A DNA stretch of 64,000 bases, taken from Chrysomallon squamiferum. Taxonomy: Eukaryota > Animalia > Mollusca. The position numbers and the translations under genes were made by a program. Where the stretch lies: contig CM022672.1 of NCBI GenBank assembly GCA_012295275.1, forward strand, positions 23,002,001-23,066,000. Direction: 5' to 3'. Shown one piece after another: positions 25,799 to 39,345 of the stretch (within the stretch, counting starts at the first letter, position 1; each line of letters starts with the position of its first letter). A model generated the notes under the pieces. The model had not been told where the DNA came from, made no database searches, and was given only the letters and a program-made list of their open reading frames with translations.

Positions 25799-27154
25799 GA
25801 CTTTCTTTCCATTTATTTGCCTTGGCTCAGTTTTCAATTACAGTTAAAAAGAACAACAACATGAGAAAAATCAAAACACTTACTCAAATCTGTCAGAATA
25901 GATTTCTGCTGTAAACATTATCCGTGTTTTTGACAAATTCACACATAAAGACTAACATCATCTTTTTGTAGACCTGACAAAATAGCCTCTCATAACACCT
26001 GCTAGTCACATGACCAGTCACATGATCTCTCTCTTTCATTCACCTGGAGGTGAACCAGTGCTTCGAAGTGTCTGCCAGAAATAAAAGGACCAGTCTAGTG
26101 CAAAACAAAACCTGTATCGTTTTACATTAATTTTTACTCGCTTAATTTCTTGTGAAATGAAGATTTATAAGTGTGAAAACTTTTCAAAAATTTTAGGGTA
26201 TTTTTAAATTAATTATCAGATCTCTTGTACGATTTAGAAAAAAATAAAATAATTAAAAAAACGAAATTATTCTACTTATAAAAATATAGCCATACCTAAT
26301 ATACATTTTTTTTCTTTACATTTTATTTTTATAATGATGATGATGATGATAATAATAATAATGCGGCATAAAAAATTAAAAACAGGATTAAATGGTTCGA
26401 ATTTCATATTTTTATATTATTCCTGTAAACAGATTCGTTTTGTTTCCCATATAATCAGTAATAATAACAATTAAATTAGTAATATAAAGATAGACACACA
26501 CAACTAACTGTATATTTTCTGTACTAATAAGAAAAGATATGCATACTTATATATATATTTATTTATACTGAATTATTTTATTTATTAGTCCTCCAAATGC
26601 ACCTTATTCAACCAGATTTTCTGATAAATAATCCACAAGAAAGACATTTTACAACTGTTCTGTTTACTTTCTTTTTTTTAAAAACTTTTACTTCAGTCGT
26701 TTTCTTTCTTTCACCCCCCAAAGAACAAAAAAAAAAAAAAAAAAAAAAAAAAAACTGTTTCTCTTTAGTTAGATTTATTGAACAATTTTTTATTTTATTT
26801 TATTTTATTAAAAAAAAAAAAAAAAAAATAAAAGAAGGGAAAAGATATAGCTTTATTGCAAAAAATATGTTTTCATTTGAATTTTGAAAAAGAGAACATT
26901 TTAATTTAAGAAAATCTGTGTTTTGTGAATAACAATTATTAAAAAAAAAAACACATATTAAACAGAATTTTTTGCATAATAACATATTAAATTTTTTGGA
27001 ATTAAAAAAAAAGAAATTAAATAAATATTTTAAGTTAAAAAAAATGTTCGCATAAGAATAATGTTTAAAAGAATTTTTATTATAATAAAAAACAAATTCA
27101 CTCATGAATTTTTAAAATAAATAAAGTACATTAGAAACTTTATTTTATTTCTTT

Positions 27155-27192
<38 letters not shown>

Positions 27193-27399
27193 TTAGCATT
27201 ATAAAAGCAAATTATACCCAAAAGGAAATCTCAAACACATTTTGCAAAAACAGAAATAAAATCTTGTGTGGTGAATTTTAACAGAAATCAGAGTGTGAAT
27301 ACTTATCTATACATTTCAACACTTTTGTATAAGGACAGCTATTAGCTGTGGGTAATGTTTCGTTTATAATGATAATAACAGTAGCAAAGAGATCGGATG

Positions 27400-27495
27400 G
27401 TGTCATAGTATGGGCTACTCTTACTAATTAGCACAAATGCCCATAAGAACCTTCCCATGATCTGTACGACAAGGTGCACTGACTGGACTGGAAAC
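27400..27495 (-). mobile_element. SINE fragment, reverse orientation
   Basis: atgggctactcttactaattagca is the reverse complement of the tgctaat…aagagtagcccat core. Confidence 0.55.
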
Positions 27496-27659
27496 TACAT
27501 TAATAGTTAAAAAAAAAAAAAAAAAAAAAAATTATCATGTAATCTAAAGCTGCTGATCTTTTGGGAAACAGTTCCATTCTCTCTTTATCACTTAAAGTAA
27601 CACAGAAAATGTGAATAAAAATGCATTATAGAGTCTATTATGCTACATCTCCCATCCTA

Positions 27660-27800
27660 GCGAATGACCCACTACTTTATATCGAAGAATATGTGGTATA
27701 TGCTTTATGTCTTTGGATGGCTACAAATGGAAATTCCCTTACTCATAATCAAAAAAGGAAAAACGTATAGGCTATTGTGTGGTCGTCATGGTTTCTCATC
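27660..27800 (+). mobile_element. Highly decayed SINE fragment
   Basis: tatatcgaag…tgtggtatatgctttatgtctttggatgg…attcccttactcataatc resembles the SINE core. Confidence 0.45.
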
Positions 27801-28119
27801 ATATTGTTTTAAAATGGTGTTTATTTATGACACCAGATCTGTAGATTACAAGTGTATTGTCTGTTGTTACATAAAACGCCTTCCTTCTTCCTTATGTATG
27901 TGGGATTTTATAAAACAACAACAGTCAACCTTCCCAGTGCGGTGAAAAAAAACTGTTTAAAAATCAGTTTAAGGCTGTTATTTGAATAGGAAGGACAAGG
28001 AAAACTTGGCTAAGATAATCAGAGAAAGCTCGTAGGAAACGTGTCTGTCATCTGTTTGAAGGTTACTTAAAGAAACTATATCATATAGCAGTTGTATTAT
28101 TTATTTATTTATTTATCTC

Positions 28120-28173
<54 letters not shown>

Positions 28174-31100
28174 TCTGTTTTTATTTCTAAAGAATGAGAA
28201 ACCATGTAATTCTGTGTGTGCGTGCGTATGTAAAACTGAGAAAAAAAACGCGAAACAATAAAAATCTACATATAAGAGATACGAAGTACCTAACATTACA
28301 TAAATCTAATATTATATGCACACATTAATATAGTGCGTTGTAAACCTACAGTAACCTTTCCCGCTGCCTTTATATAAGAATTAATACTGCAGTGTTGTTT
28401 CAGTATTTAAATTACAAAAATCTTTAACACCCAGTTCACAGAGCACGTTTTAGTGTCTTTTATAAAAAATAAATATTCCTCTGTTGTCAGAGTTTACCTC
28501 AGCTGTCATTATTATTACGATAGGACAAATTTATAGTCCAATTTTTGTGTCATAATATAAAAATGTTTTTTTCTCTCTCTCGCTTCCTTGAAGCTTATAA
28601 CAAGTAATTATTATTTTTAAAGTGTCTTGTCATTAGAAACTTGAAATTACAAAGTAATGAAAAAAAAAAAAAAAAAAACTTTTTCTTCGTCAACTCTAAC
28701 TGAATTATGAACGATCTTAAAACGTTTTCAATAAAGAATTAAATTATCTTCAATTAGAAATCACTTTATTATGTGAGAGAGATAGAGAGATAGAAAAATG
28801 AATATTAAAAATAAAATTAAATAAATTAAAGTAAAATTAATAATAAGAATCAATTAAAATTAAAATATACTTTTATTAATGAATTATTATTTTTTGCATG
28901 TGACGTCAAAACATGACATTAATTGATGCATTCTGTCAAAAGTGCACGCAATGATTTCATATTTGATTTCGTGTCGATTTTACACTACGTTGCTCTGGTA
29001 AATTAAGTTTCCAGCCATGTTGTCTCAAAGCTATCTAATGGCTGGGTATGTGAAGAGGTAAGTCGGCATTACAGCTAATTGAAGTACTCCGACAGGAACA
29101 ATTGCTCAAATTTCTTTTTAACCTCAGTGAAAAATGTAATTTATTTGACAATGCTATTCTTTCCAGTCACCAAACTATGTAAGTGTTGCTAATGTTTCTA
29201 ATCCTAAATGTCTCATTTAGGAATTTTCCCAACAGCAGGACTAAAGCTGGACTTCAGTCACAAGTATCTATCTGATTGAAAGACAAAGACGTCAACAATG
29301 CTTTTTAAAAAAAATATTATATTAGCGTAGATGTGTTCGTAACGCAAACATATCAGTACTTTTTGTGGGTTGCCATTAAGTTTGTATATCTATTGATAAG
29401 CTTTGTTGAAATTACATGAACTGTCAAGTGTTGGAATGAAATCGTATAGAATAATCATAATAAAAAAAATGGTTTGTTTTGTGTGAAGTTGAAAAGGATC
29501 ACGGTAGAAGAGAAATTTAGCTCTTGTAAAGCAATATGCTAACGATTAGATCATTATCTTGTCAACAGACGTCACCAGTGCAGTGTCTTAACACTGATTT
29601 ATGGATTGGTTTGTACTGTCAAGTTTGTTATTGTGGTTTATGAATGGATCTCGTAAGTGTGAGAATTTCATTTGTCAAAGAGGTCTTTATGTAAAAGACT
29701 ATTCAAGACACGAATAAAACGAATAAACAAACACAAAAATTAAATTAAATTAAAATAAAGAAATATGCAAGCAAATAAATAAAATAAAACAAACAAACAA
29801 AAAAAAAAAAAAAAAACTGAAACAATAAAACGAAGTAAAATGATTAACAAAATAAATAAATAAATAAAATATGAACATAAGTGTTGATTTTATTTTGTAT
29901 TTATTTATTTTATTTTTGAAGGAAAATAAAATAATTTATTATTTATTATTTTTAAATGTTAGAATACTATTTTTTTTTTTTTTTTTTTTTTTTAACTGAT
30001 GATAAAATGTTCATTTTACTATCAGATTATTACAAACCATTGTTGAATGTTCTTTTTAGAGGGGAAGATAGAAAAAGAACCTTAGACGGAGAAAGTACAA
30101 GGAAGAAATCGAAAATGAAAAAAGATAATCTTTTATCAAATCTGTAACAGATTATTTTAGAATGTTATTATTATTTTGTTTCTGTATTATAATAATAATA
30201 ATTATTATTTTCTATTATTATCATTATTATTTTTATTATTATTATTATTACTGTTGTTGTTATAATTTTTATTATTACTGTTATTGTTGTTGTTATTATT
30301 ATTATTTGTCTTTACCATGGTTTTATCATTTTGTTTTTTCATTATTTCCAGTAAAACAATAGACAGTGTTAACTTTTCAGAACAACTTTACAGTTTATTA
30401 CATAAATTTTCAAATTCTTCACTGTCAACAGCTGTATACATCATTGCTTTTAATGGCTTTGGCAAGTTTTGAGATAGCCAGAGTTAAAATATCTCTGTCA
30501 GGACTTTATTCAAACCACCCACCAAAAGCTGCTCAGAGTAAGTGCATTGAGTTCCAGAATTAAAAGCTAATTTTAGTCCCCACCTGTCGAAGTCTTCACC
30601 TTATCAGAGTTTCAGTAAAACATTATTACAGTTTACATTTGTTTTTCCCACTCGTTTATAGAATAGTGCATTTGGCTAGACAGAAATGCAGGGCATTTAT
30701 CAAATTAAAAAAAAAAAAAACATTTTTTTACATCATCCCTCAAGAATAACAGTTTTTGGTAAACTTCCTTTAAGTGTTTTTCTTTTTTAATGTTCTTTTA
30801 ATTTTAATTTTTTAATTTTATTTTATATATCAAATGTTGTGTTTATAAGAACTATTAAACTGTGGGATGACTAATTATGTTCAAAGGGGGGTTTTCATTT
30901 GTAAATCTATGGAAAGTTAAAAGAAACCAAAAGAAGTATTGTGGACTTGTGTTTGAGAAATCTGGATTGTCTTTCTGATAATGTTAGAATGATATTTCAA
31001 ATTAGAGTTTTGCATAGGACACACAATATTTATTATGTAATACCGGACTGTAGCTGAATGACTGAATGTTTGTTTGAGGTAGTGAGGGTTGTAAGAGTTT

Positions 31101-31523
31101 TCCTTACAACAACTCTGTGACTAATTTGAACACCACTGTTTATATGTTCCTGTTTATGGGAATGTGTGTGTGTGTGATTACTTCCATGCTGCTCATAGTT
31201 ACAGTAGCAATTACATTTCAAGTACACAAAAACGAAAGCAATGATATATGTTTTCCTGTTTACAGAAAGGTGCATTTAGATAATTACTTGCTGCATACTG
31301 ATGAGAAATGTAATGTAGTTAGTTGTCTAAAAGACACAAATTAAGAGGATTTCATATAAATCTCTGCTGATGTTTTGCTAAACATAAATCTCTGTGGGAA
31401 CATCTTTTAAAAAAAAAAGTAAAATGAAGCAGAAGGTTGTCAGAAATTTGATAAATATCAAATTTAATTTTTTTCTCATATGAGATGAAGGCAATAATAT
31501 AATACCTGTTTACAAGCAGAAGA

Positions 31524-31556
<33 letters not shown>

Positions 31557-31557
31557 A

Positions 31558-31595
<38 letters not shown>

Positions 31596-32029
31596 AGAGA
31601 AAAAAAAAAAAAAAGAATTAAAATAATTATAATAATAATATATCTATGTACATGCCCTATAAAACTCAACTTTTTTACGACAATCTCAATTTCCTTTGTA
31701 AATTGCTTGAAGCAGTTTTTGACAAATGTAATAGTTTTTAACACGTTGCTCATACACCCAAGTCTCAATACACACCAAAGGAAAAAAAACTTTAACAAAA
31801 GAGAAAAAAAAAAATGTTGTAAATTTTATAAATATGATACAATAAAGTTATAGACATCTTTGTTATTATAATGAATGTTTGTAATACATATCTCACGTAT
31901 GCTCTGTTCAAGGTTATCAAAATAACAATTACAGATATTGTGTACTTCTTAACTGATTTTTTTTTTTTTTATACTTTATTACGTTCATCATTTGAAATAA
32001 CTACTGGCAATGATATAATACCTTTTTTC

Positions 32030-32060
<31 letters not shown>

Positions 32061-33076
32061 TTTTTAAAGTCAAATAATTTCTTACACTTATTTTTTTTTA
32101 TAAGAAAGAAAGTCTTTTTAAGATTAATTTAGAAAAAGAAAGTGTTTTAATTATTATGAACATCTTAATTCTTAATTTAAAAAATCATGCATGTACTGAA
32201 GAAGGTCTTATCTGATATTTCAAAAGTTAATGTCTGAATGAAAAAATTTAACAATGATTTTTCAGAATATCTTGTGATAGTTCTAGGAACATGTCTAATG
32301 ACATCTTAGCACATATTAGCGAACGTTTTGCACAGAATAGTGTAATTCAGTCTGAAAAATCAGATTTCTATTTCAGGATCACATCTCTCTTCCTACATCC
32401 TCATATTACTACACACTTATCCTTTAGAACATTTGCTTGTTGCAGAATGCACAAATATATACATACATACTTACACACAATAACATATACAGTACACATA
32501 CATATGTACATATTTATGTACGCATGGATACGTACATAAATATATAAATATATACAGACCATGAAACCATACATAAACAAAACACCTAACAACATATGCA
32601 CACAAGCATGTGAATAAGGAAAATATCAAAAAAAAAAAAATGCACATTTTTTGTTTTGTACATCAACATTCACAATGCAAAAACAAACATGACTGTGGAA
32701 TGAACCAGTCCATTGTGTGTTTATCAAAATAATGTTTGACATTTTCAAAGACTGGGTTCAAAGTGAGACTGTAAACATGTTCTCAATCATGCAGCCCCTG
32801 TCACTGAGCTATGAAAATGTTACGTTGTTCCCTAGCGGCAGAGTTTCCGAGGTGTTGTGTCACAACACTAACTGGTTACGTTTGGAGATAAAAATTTATC
32901 ATTTCCACTTGTGCACATTCAGACACAAGTACGGATTCCAAGTGGTGCACTCGATCCATGCACTTCTGCTGTTTTGATCTTTGGTGTCACAGATCTTTTT
33001 CTGTAACTCATTTGATCTTAATCAGTAATAGTCTTCCACTTTTCTGCAATCCAGATCTGCCTTTGATTGTAAGTGA

Positions 33077-33117
<41 letters not shown>

Positions 33118-33385
33118 CTTTTTCCAAAATATTTATTAACAATATTTTTAACTTACACATGCAGTGAGTTCCACTATGCTCATTTACTAATGTAATATCA
33201 TTTAGTCAGGCCATACATTTTATGCCTGTGTGAGCAATTATATTTATAAAATCATTTCACAAATATGATTGTATACATTATTCTGTAATATACATGTATT
33301 TTTAACAAGAATATTTTAATTTGTGCATATAAAATATATTTTTTGCTATGATTTGTTGCATATATAATATAATTTTGTTTGATTC

Positions 33386-33390
33386 TGTGT

Positions 33391-33473
<83 letters not shown>
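33386..33473. repeat. (TG)n(AG)n compound microsatellite
   Basis: Directly visible. Confidence 0.97.
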
Positions 33474-33476
<3 letters not shown>

Positions 33477-34796
33477 ATAAGTACATTGTAAATTAATAAC
33501 AGAAAAATGTCTGTATAATAGATAGTTATATCTATCACCATTACAACTTGACAGGATCTTTGTTTAGGGATCCCTGAACTTTCCATTCAGAAAACAATTG
33601 ACACAGCCACAGCAAAGAAACATGTACTTGGGTCACCACTGAATTTAATATGTGGGGGGCATACACTTACATGACTGTAATCATTATTAATGTCATGCAA
33701 TACATTATAAAATATTTCTTGTTTGGGAACTCAGTTTCTGAGCTGTTTTCATAAATAACAGTTTGTGTCAGGAGGCTCTCTAAGCTACATTCATTATCAT
33801 AATTTATTTATGTAATGTGTGGAAATAAAAGTAAGTACCTGCAGCATGAAAACTGTTAAAAGGAAATGTGAACAAATATGAGAGGTTAAAGAGAATGTGA
33901 AAGCTTTGATGAGAATGTAACAGGGGTGCCATTAAAGAGAATTTTGCAAAATCAGTTTTTTTAATTGTTTCTTTTTCAATTTCTTTAAGATTGTTGTATA
34001 AACATTAAAAAAAAAGATAAGAAGAAAAAACACCAAACAAACAACACAGGTCTCTTTTCAATGTAATGTGGGTTTTTTTTCATTTTTTAAACTGCAAACA
34101 TATTGAAGTACAAATAGTAAACTGGGTTTGTTGCAGGTCATTTTGTAATTTTGACCATGATAAACACACCTGAAAATCATTAAGGATTAATATTCAAATT
34201 TAATTTCAAAATACCCATGAAAGGCATATATAGGGGTAAAAAATCATTAAGCAATTAATAAAATAAAGTCCAGTTCGAAGATACCCATGACAGGTGTACT
34301 TGGAAATAATTTACAACCATTTATTAAAACAAACACCACTGTCATCTCTCATCTTGCCCATGACTGTCCATGTAAATGTGCTAGCTCAGGAATGCACACA
34401 TTTTAAACATGGATTGTTTTCAAAATCTTTTTACTTATTTCATGACTGTTAAATCACTGAGATATTATTTTCTAAAATTTTCTTTCTTACCTTTATTAAC
34501 CAGCTGAAGTTGTCATTTACTGGTAACTTCTGTCCCTGGAGTGTCTGTCTGTCTGCCTGTCTGTACAGTCTCTTTACACAAATAACATCAGCTACACATC
34601 AATCCCACTGACTGTCAGTTTTCAACACATTCATTCTGAAATGTGGGAAGGAAACAAAACTAAAATAAGCATTTAGGTTAGAATGTATGCATGTGTGTTT
34701 ATGTGTGTATCTATGTGTATATGTATGTGTGTGTGTGTGTGAATGTGTGTTAGTGTGTGTGTGAATGTGTGTTTGTGTGTGTATGTATTTAGTTCA

Positions 34797-34842
34797 GATT
34801 CTGAATATTCTCTGTCATATGTACGTCTGATTAGACTCTGCA
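34797..34842 (+). repeat. Dispersed 46-bp repeat, copy B
   Basis: gattctgaatattctctgtcatatgtacgtctgattagactctgca versus gattttgaatagtctttgtcatatgtatgtctgattagattctgca. Confidence 0.85.
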
Positions 34843-35473
34843 CATTGACAATATTCTGGAACGCACTGGTGCAGGAGGACAAAGTCCAATCACAAACTCA
34901 CAAACCCGTCAGATGCAGAGACTCGAATGTACGGCACCCATTCGCCCGCACTCTGAAGGTGAATGACATTACTGTTCAGTGATCAAGGCAACCTTAGAAA
35001 GTTTTTTTTTAGGGGAAATCTGGCACTGGCAAGTATGTAGTATATATGTGTGTAGGTATTTGTTTGTGAGAGAGTGTGTTTGTGTGTGTATGTATATGGG
35101 TATGTATGATTCTGTATATATGTAGGGATATGTGTAGTATATATATTTACATGGGTATGCATATTTCTTTTTGAGACAGGTATATTCATATGTCTGTATA
35201 TTTTTGTCTGTATAAGACACACCCCAATAAGACAGGATTCTCATTCCAATCAAAATCTAAATCTGCAACCATCTCATTATCCTTTGAATGAGAAGCAATT
35301 TTCAAACATTGTCAACACTCCACACCATTCTCATTTATTTTATCAGCTTCATCATCATCATTTACTTTATTTGAATTAATGTCTGAAACCACTAATCCTC
35401 CACAATTGTCCTGAGCCAGTCCAAGTTGCTTTCTGACACTAAGAACAATCCAGACCAAACTGAAGAAAATTAC

Positions 35474-35498
35474 CTACGTCTGCGAGAGCCTGTAATTC
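35474..35498 (-). other. Candidate microexon (21 nt to GTAGGT donor at 35477, or 25 nt to GTAATT donor at 35473)
   Basis: The minus strand reads tttttctctccccgtttccacacattcctcgcctgcttag|GAATTACAGGCTCTCGCAGAC|gtag|gtaatt. It has a long C/T tract, TGC just before the AG, and TGCATG upstream. Confidence 0.35.
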
Positions 35499-36354
35499 CT
35501 AAGCAGGCGAGGAATGTGTGGAAACGGGGAGAGAAAAATCAAGATAATTCACCGCAACATGCAAACGCTATCAGACAACTAAATGATATTATCAATCAGA
35601 CTATAGGTCAGGCAGAGAGATAAAGAAAATCCACTTATTTAAAGTGAAAATAAAAAGACGATGATAGGAAAATTTGTTTTGGTCAACATGTGTAACACTG
35701 AAGTGAAGAAGTTATGCTGTTGTTTGTCGGTCAGGATACTGTTTAGTTAATGATACAGATAATAAAATTGTTATATTTCAACAAAAATGATAAATAATGT
35801 ATATATAAATAAAAAGAAAACCACAAGCATACATATCTATACATATACACACACACATACATACATAAATACAAATATACAGACATATACATGGACATAT
35901 TGATTTACAGAGACACACACATTATATGTAAAATCATTAAAACTAAATGTTTTTACACTTTCATACACAGAACAAATGAAAATATAAAAAAAATTGAAGA
36001 CTACAGTAAATATATTTATTGCACTGCCTAACAGTGAATATAAATAATCTCACATAGCACCTAAGATGACATAAAATATTTTTAACTGCCATAAAATGTC
36101 ATCATATTCATAATTCTTTCTGCTGGATGAAAAATTTTACAGCTGTTTGTCCACAAACTCTATAATTCTCTGGTGAAAAAAAAAAAAGAGTTCTGAAAAG
36201 TTTTGGCAACTCTATCTTTGTAGTGATCATAACAGGATATTACAAAATAATGGGAAGCACAACAGACGGCATTTATTTCCTTCAACTTATTTTTTCCCTT
36301 TTCTCTTTTGAATCTTTCTTTTTCTGTCTTTAGGTTTATTTCTTTTATTTTTAA

Positions 36355-36398
<44 letters not shown>

Positions 36399-36923
36399 TT
36401 GTTGTTGATGTTTTTCAAAGTGTTTTTGGCTACAAATCATTAATGGAAGTCATGATATTTTTGTGCAGACATCAAAGTGCCATATTTACAAGTTTCACAT
36501 CAATCTAATTAAAATATATGGGAGATAAAGTATTAAAGGTACACATTTAAAAGTGAAAAAAGAAAAATTATGGTTAACATTAAACTTTTGGACCACCAAG
36601 GAGATTTTAAGAATTTTTTTGGCGTATATCAGTGTGACAATTTGAATCTCAGCATGTTACGTGTGAACAATAATAACAGACTGTTGGATAAGAATGAAAA
36701 AAAGAAAGTTGTTTAATCATACAAATGTTAGAATTCTGGATTTAATTGGGAAAGGTTTACATGATACTGTAAACCAAATTAATACTCCAACATGTTTTAT
36801 TTTTCTGAAACGCACACTTTTTTTTTTTACAGTGTTTGAAATACAGATTTAATGCATTTACAGTGAAAGAAGAAAGAAATATTTTATTTTATACTCAACA
36901 TTAACCCCTTTTTTTTTTCAATC

Positions 36924-37040
36924 TGTGGTTACATGGTGTCACACATATGGTTAAGGATTACACTGTTAAACAGAGAAAGAAATAACTGCAGCAATGCTTG
37001 TTACTCTTTTTCATTTAGCAAAGAGCAATCTTTCATATGT
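36924..37040 (-). mobile_element. SINE 3' part plus core, reverse orientation
   Basis: ggttacatggtgtcacacatatggttaaggattacac…ttactctttttcatttagca…atctttcatatg shares atggttaagga and actcttt…ttag with the 39.1-kb copy. Confidence 0.7.
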
Positions 37041-37067
37041 GTGTATGTGTGTATGTATGTATGTATG

Positions 37068-37103
<36 letters not shown>

Positions 37104-37221
37104 TGTATTTATGTACGTATGTATGTACTTTTCATAGTTTCCATATACAGTCTGTGTTGAAATAGGCCAACTTAGATACAAATCAAAATGATGCTAATAT
37201 TTTCACCACATCAGAGAAAAG

Positions 37222-37330
37222 AGAAAGGCCAGTTTATTATCCTTTTAAGCAAAAATAAATGTGAAAGATCCCTTGCTGCTACTAAAAATGGAATAGTCCA
37301 TATATTAATATGCTGAAGCTGAGGTTTACA
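37222..37330 (+). mobile_element. SINE core fragment
   Basis: aaaggcc…tatcc…gaaagatcccttgctgctactaaaaatggaatagtccat. Confidence 0.65.
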
Positions 37331-38299
37331 TTCCTAAGTAATATTACAAAATTAATTCTCCTGAATAAACAGTAGCCATTCTGTCTCATCTGTAATGATA
37401 TTTTTTTAAAAATGATTTCATTTTTTTTTTTTGTGACAGAATATTACATCTGCATGCCCACTGACCCATCTTTGCATCAATCAGCCAGACTCTCTTTCTT
37501 TCTAAACAATCACTAACCAAAAGTCTTACATTTGATTCATTCTGGATATATATATATATATATGTAGTTTTTATTTCTGGGGGAAATAAATAAGACACTG
37601 GCACTATTTACAGCATAACAGACGATTGTGATAACACTCATGTTAATAATAAGTTTCTTTGAAAATGCTTAAACCAAAGATCACAGTTCAAGCTTACCTG
37701 CTTATTACACAAGAGCGAAAATTATGCTAGGAAAGTTAGACTTTCTATCAGCATAACATGACGTCCTTAAACTATGTATTTATCTGGTTATTAGCAAGCT
37801 TTAAGAATCACTGGTGCTGAAAATTATAGGCTTGAAAAATCTTTGCAGTAAATATATGGTAGAATCAGATCCATTCAGTCAGTGGTTATTTTGTTCAGTT
37901 GTCAAGAAAATAGTTTCCAAAGAATTAAATGAAAAATTAAAGAAAAGAACAGTTTTAAATATGGTGTATTTAGAATTTTTGATTCAATTCAGTATTTATT
38001 TTGTTTAGTTGTCAAGAATATACTTTGATTTTTTATGTTTAAGATTTAAAAAAAGATTAAAAATTTTTTTTCATATTTAGGGATTCTGTAGAATATTTCC
38101 AAAGTAAAAAGCATTAAAATTTGTAAATTAATCATTTGTGAAATTTTTGTATTTGTATGACAACTTTACAAACAGTGAAAAGCTGATAATAACGTGATAG
38201 ACACAATGTTCTTATATAAGACAAACTGGAATAAAAGTGGCTCACAAATTAATACATTTAAATTACATTATTGATATCAATTTATTATCACATTAATAA

Positions 38300-38640
38300 A
38301 GAATTTTTATTCAACTGTCAACTGATTTTTAACAAACAGTTTCAATGAAATGATACCAAATCAAATAATTTGACTTAACTGAATTCTAATAAACAATTTT
38401 ACTTAAATTAATTAATTTTACTTTATGATCATTTAAATAATTTCACTCAACTGCTTACTAATCAATAGATTTAATTTAACTCATCACTAATTAACAAATT
38501 TTAATTGATCACTAATTAAAATATTTTAATTGATCACTAATTAAAATATTTTATTTAACTGATCACTAAAATCATACTTCACTACACCAATAACTGATTA
38601 ACATATTTTAATACTAATAACCAATAAACTAATTCCAATT
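38300..38640. repeat. Degenerate AT-rich minisatellite (taactgatcactaattaa…)
   Basis: Repeated (t/c)atcactaattaa units, including an exact ttttaattgatcactaattaaa duplication. Confidence 0.7.
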
Positions 38641-39114
38641 ATCATATTTTTACTTATCTACCTTGAAAAGTTACCAATCCCATATCACGGAGGATGTAAA
38701 CACTTTAAATCTGTACTTAACTCAAGTACATTATAAATGTAATAGTGTCATTATTAACTCCAGTTATTTCCTCTAGTGCTCAGTGAAAAACTCAAGTATG
38801 ATTTTCATAAAGGTGCCTTTTCACTATACAACTTTCTCTACCATCTTGTAATCATACTGCAAGAAAACCAGAATTGTAATGAAGTTTGTCTTATATGAAA
38901 AATTATTGTTTTTTTTTTTTTTTTTGTTCTAAATTGTCCGAAAATATAAGGTCTTAACAAATCATTATAAATAAAAATAAATCTGGATAGATTTATATTC
39001 TTTATGTTTCTGTTTTGATGAAAATTTAATTACATCCACATAACAAATAAATAAGGAAAAAGTGTTTTATTCTGGTAACAAACCCAAAGATGTTTAATCC
39101 ATTATTACACTGCA

Positions 39115-39345
39115 TCATTCAGGACCATGGTTAAGGACAAAATGGATAATGACAGAACAAACCAACTGTAGCAGACCACTCTTTTGTTATTAGGCATCTT
39201 GTATATGCACCTTCTCATAGACAGGAAAACACATACCATAACAGTTGATTAAAACAGTTGTGGGGCTTTGGTTGGAACAGGAGATTATTCAAACTGATGC
39301 ACTGAGAGGTAATGATCCTCAAACCCATCATATCACAGCTACAAC
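39115..39345 (-). mobile_element. Near full-length decayed tRNA-SINE, reverse orientation
   Basis: catggttaaggac…actcttttgttattag…tatatgcaccttctcatagacaggaaaacacataccat…cagttgtggggctttggttggaacaggaga…gatcctcaaacc is collinear with the reverse complement of the + copies. Confidence 0.75.

Noticed and set aside
35426-35623. Protein-looking plus-strand ORF (…RLREPVIPKQARNVWK…)
   Set aside because: It has no ATG and no strong acceptor. Its purine-rich part is better explained as the antisense of a minus-strand pyrimidine tract.
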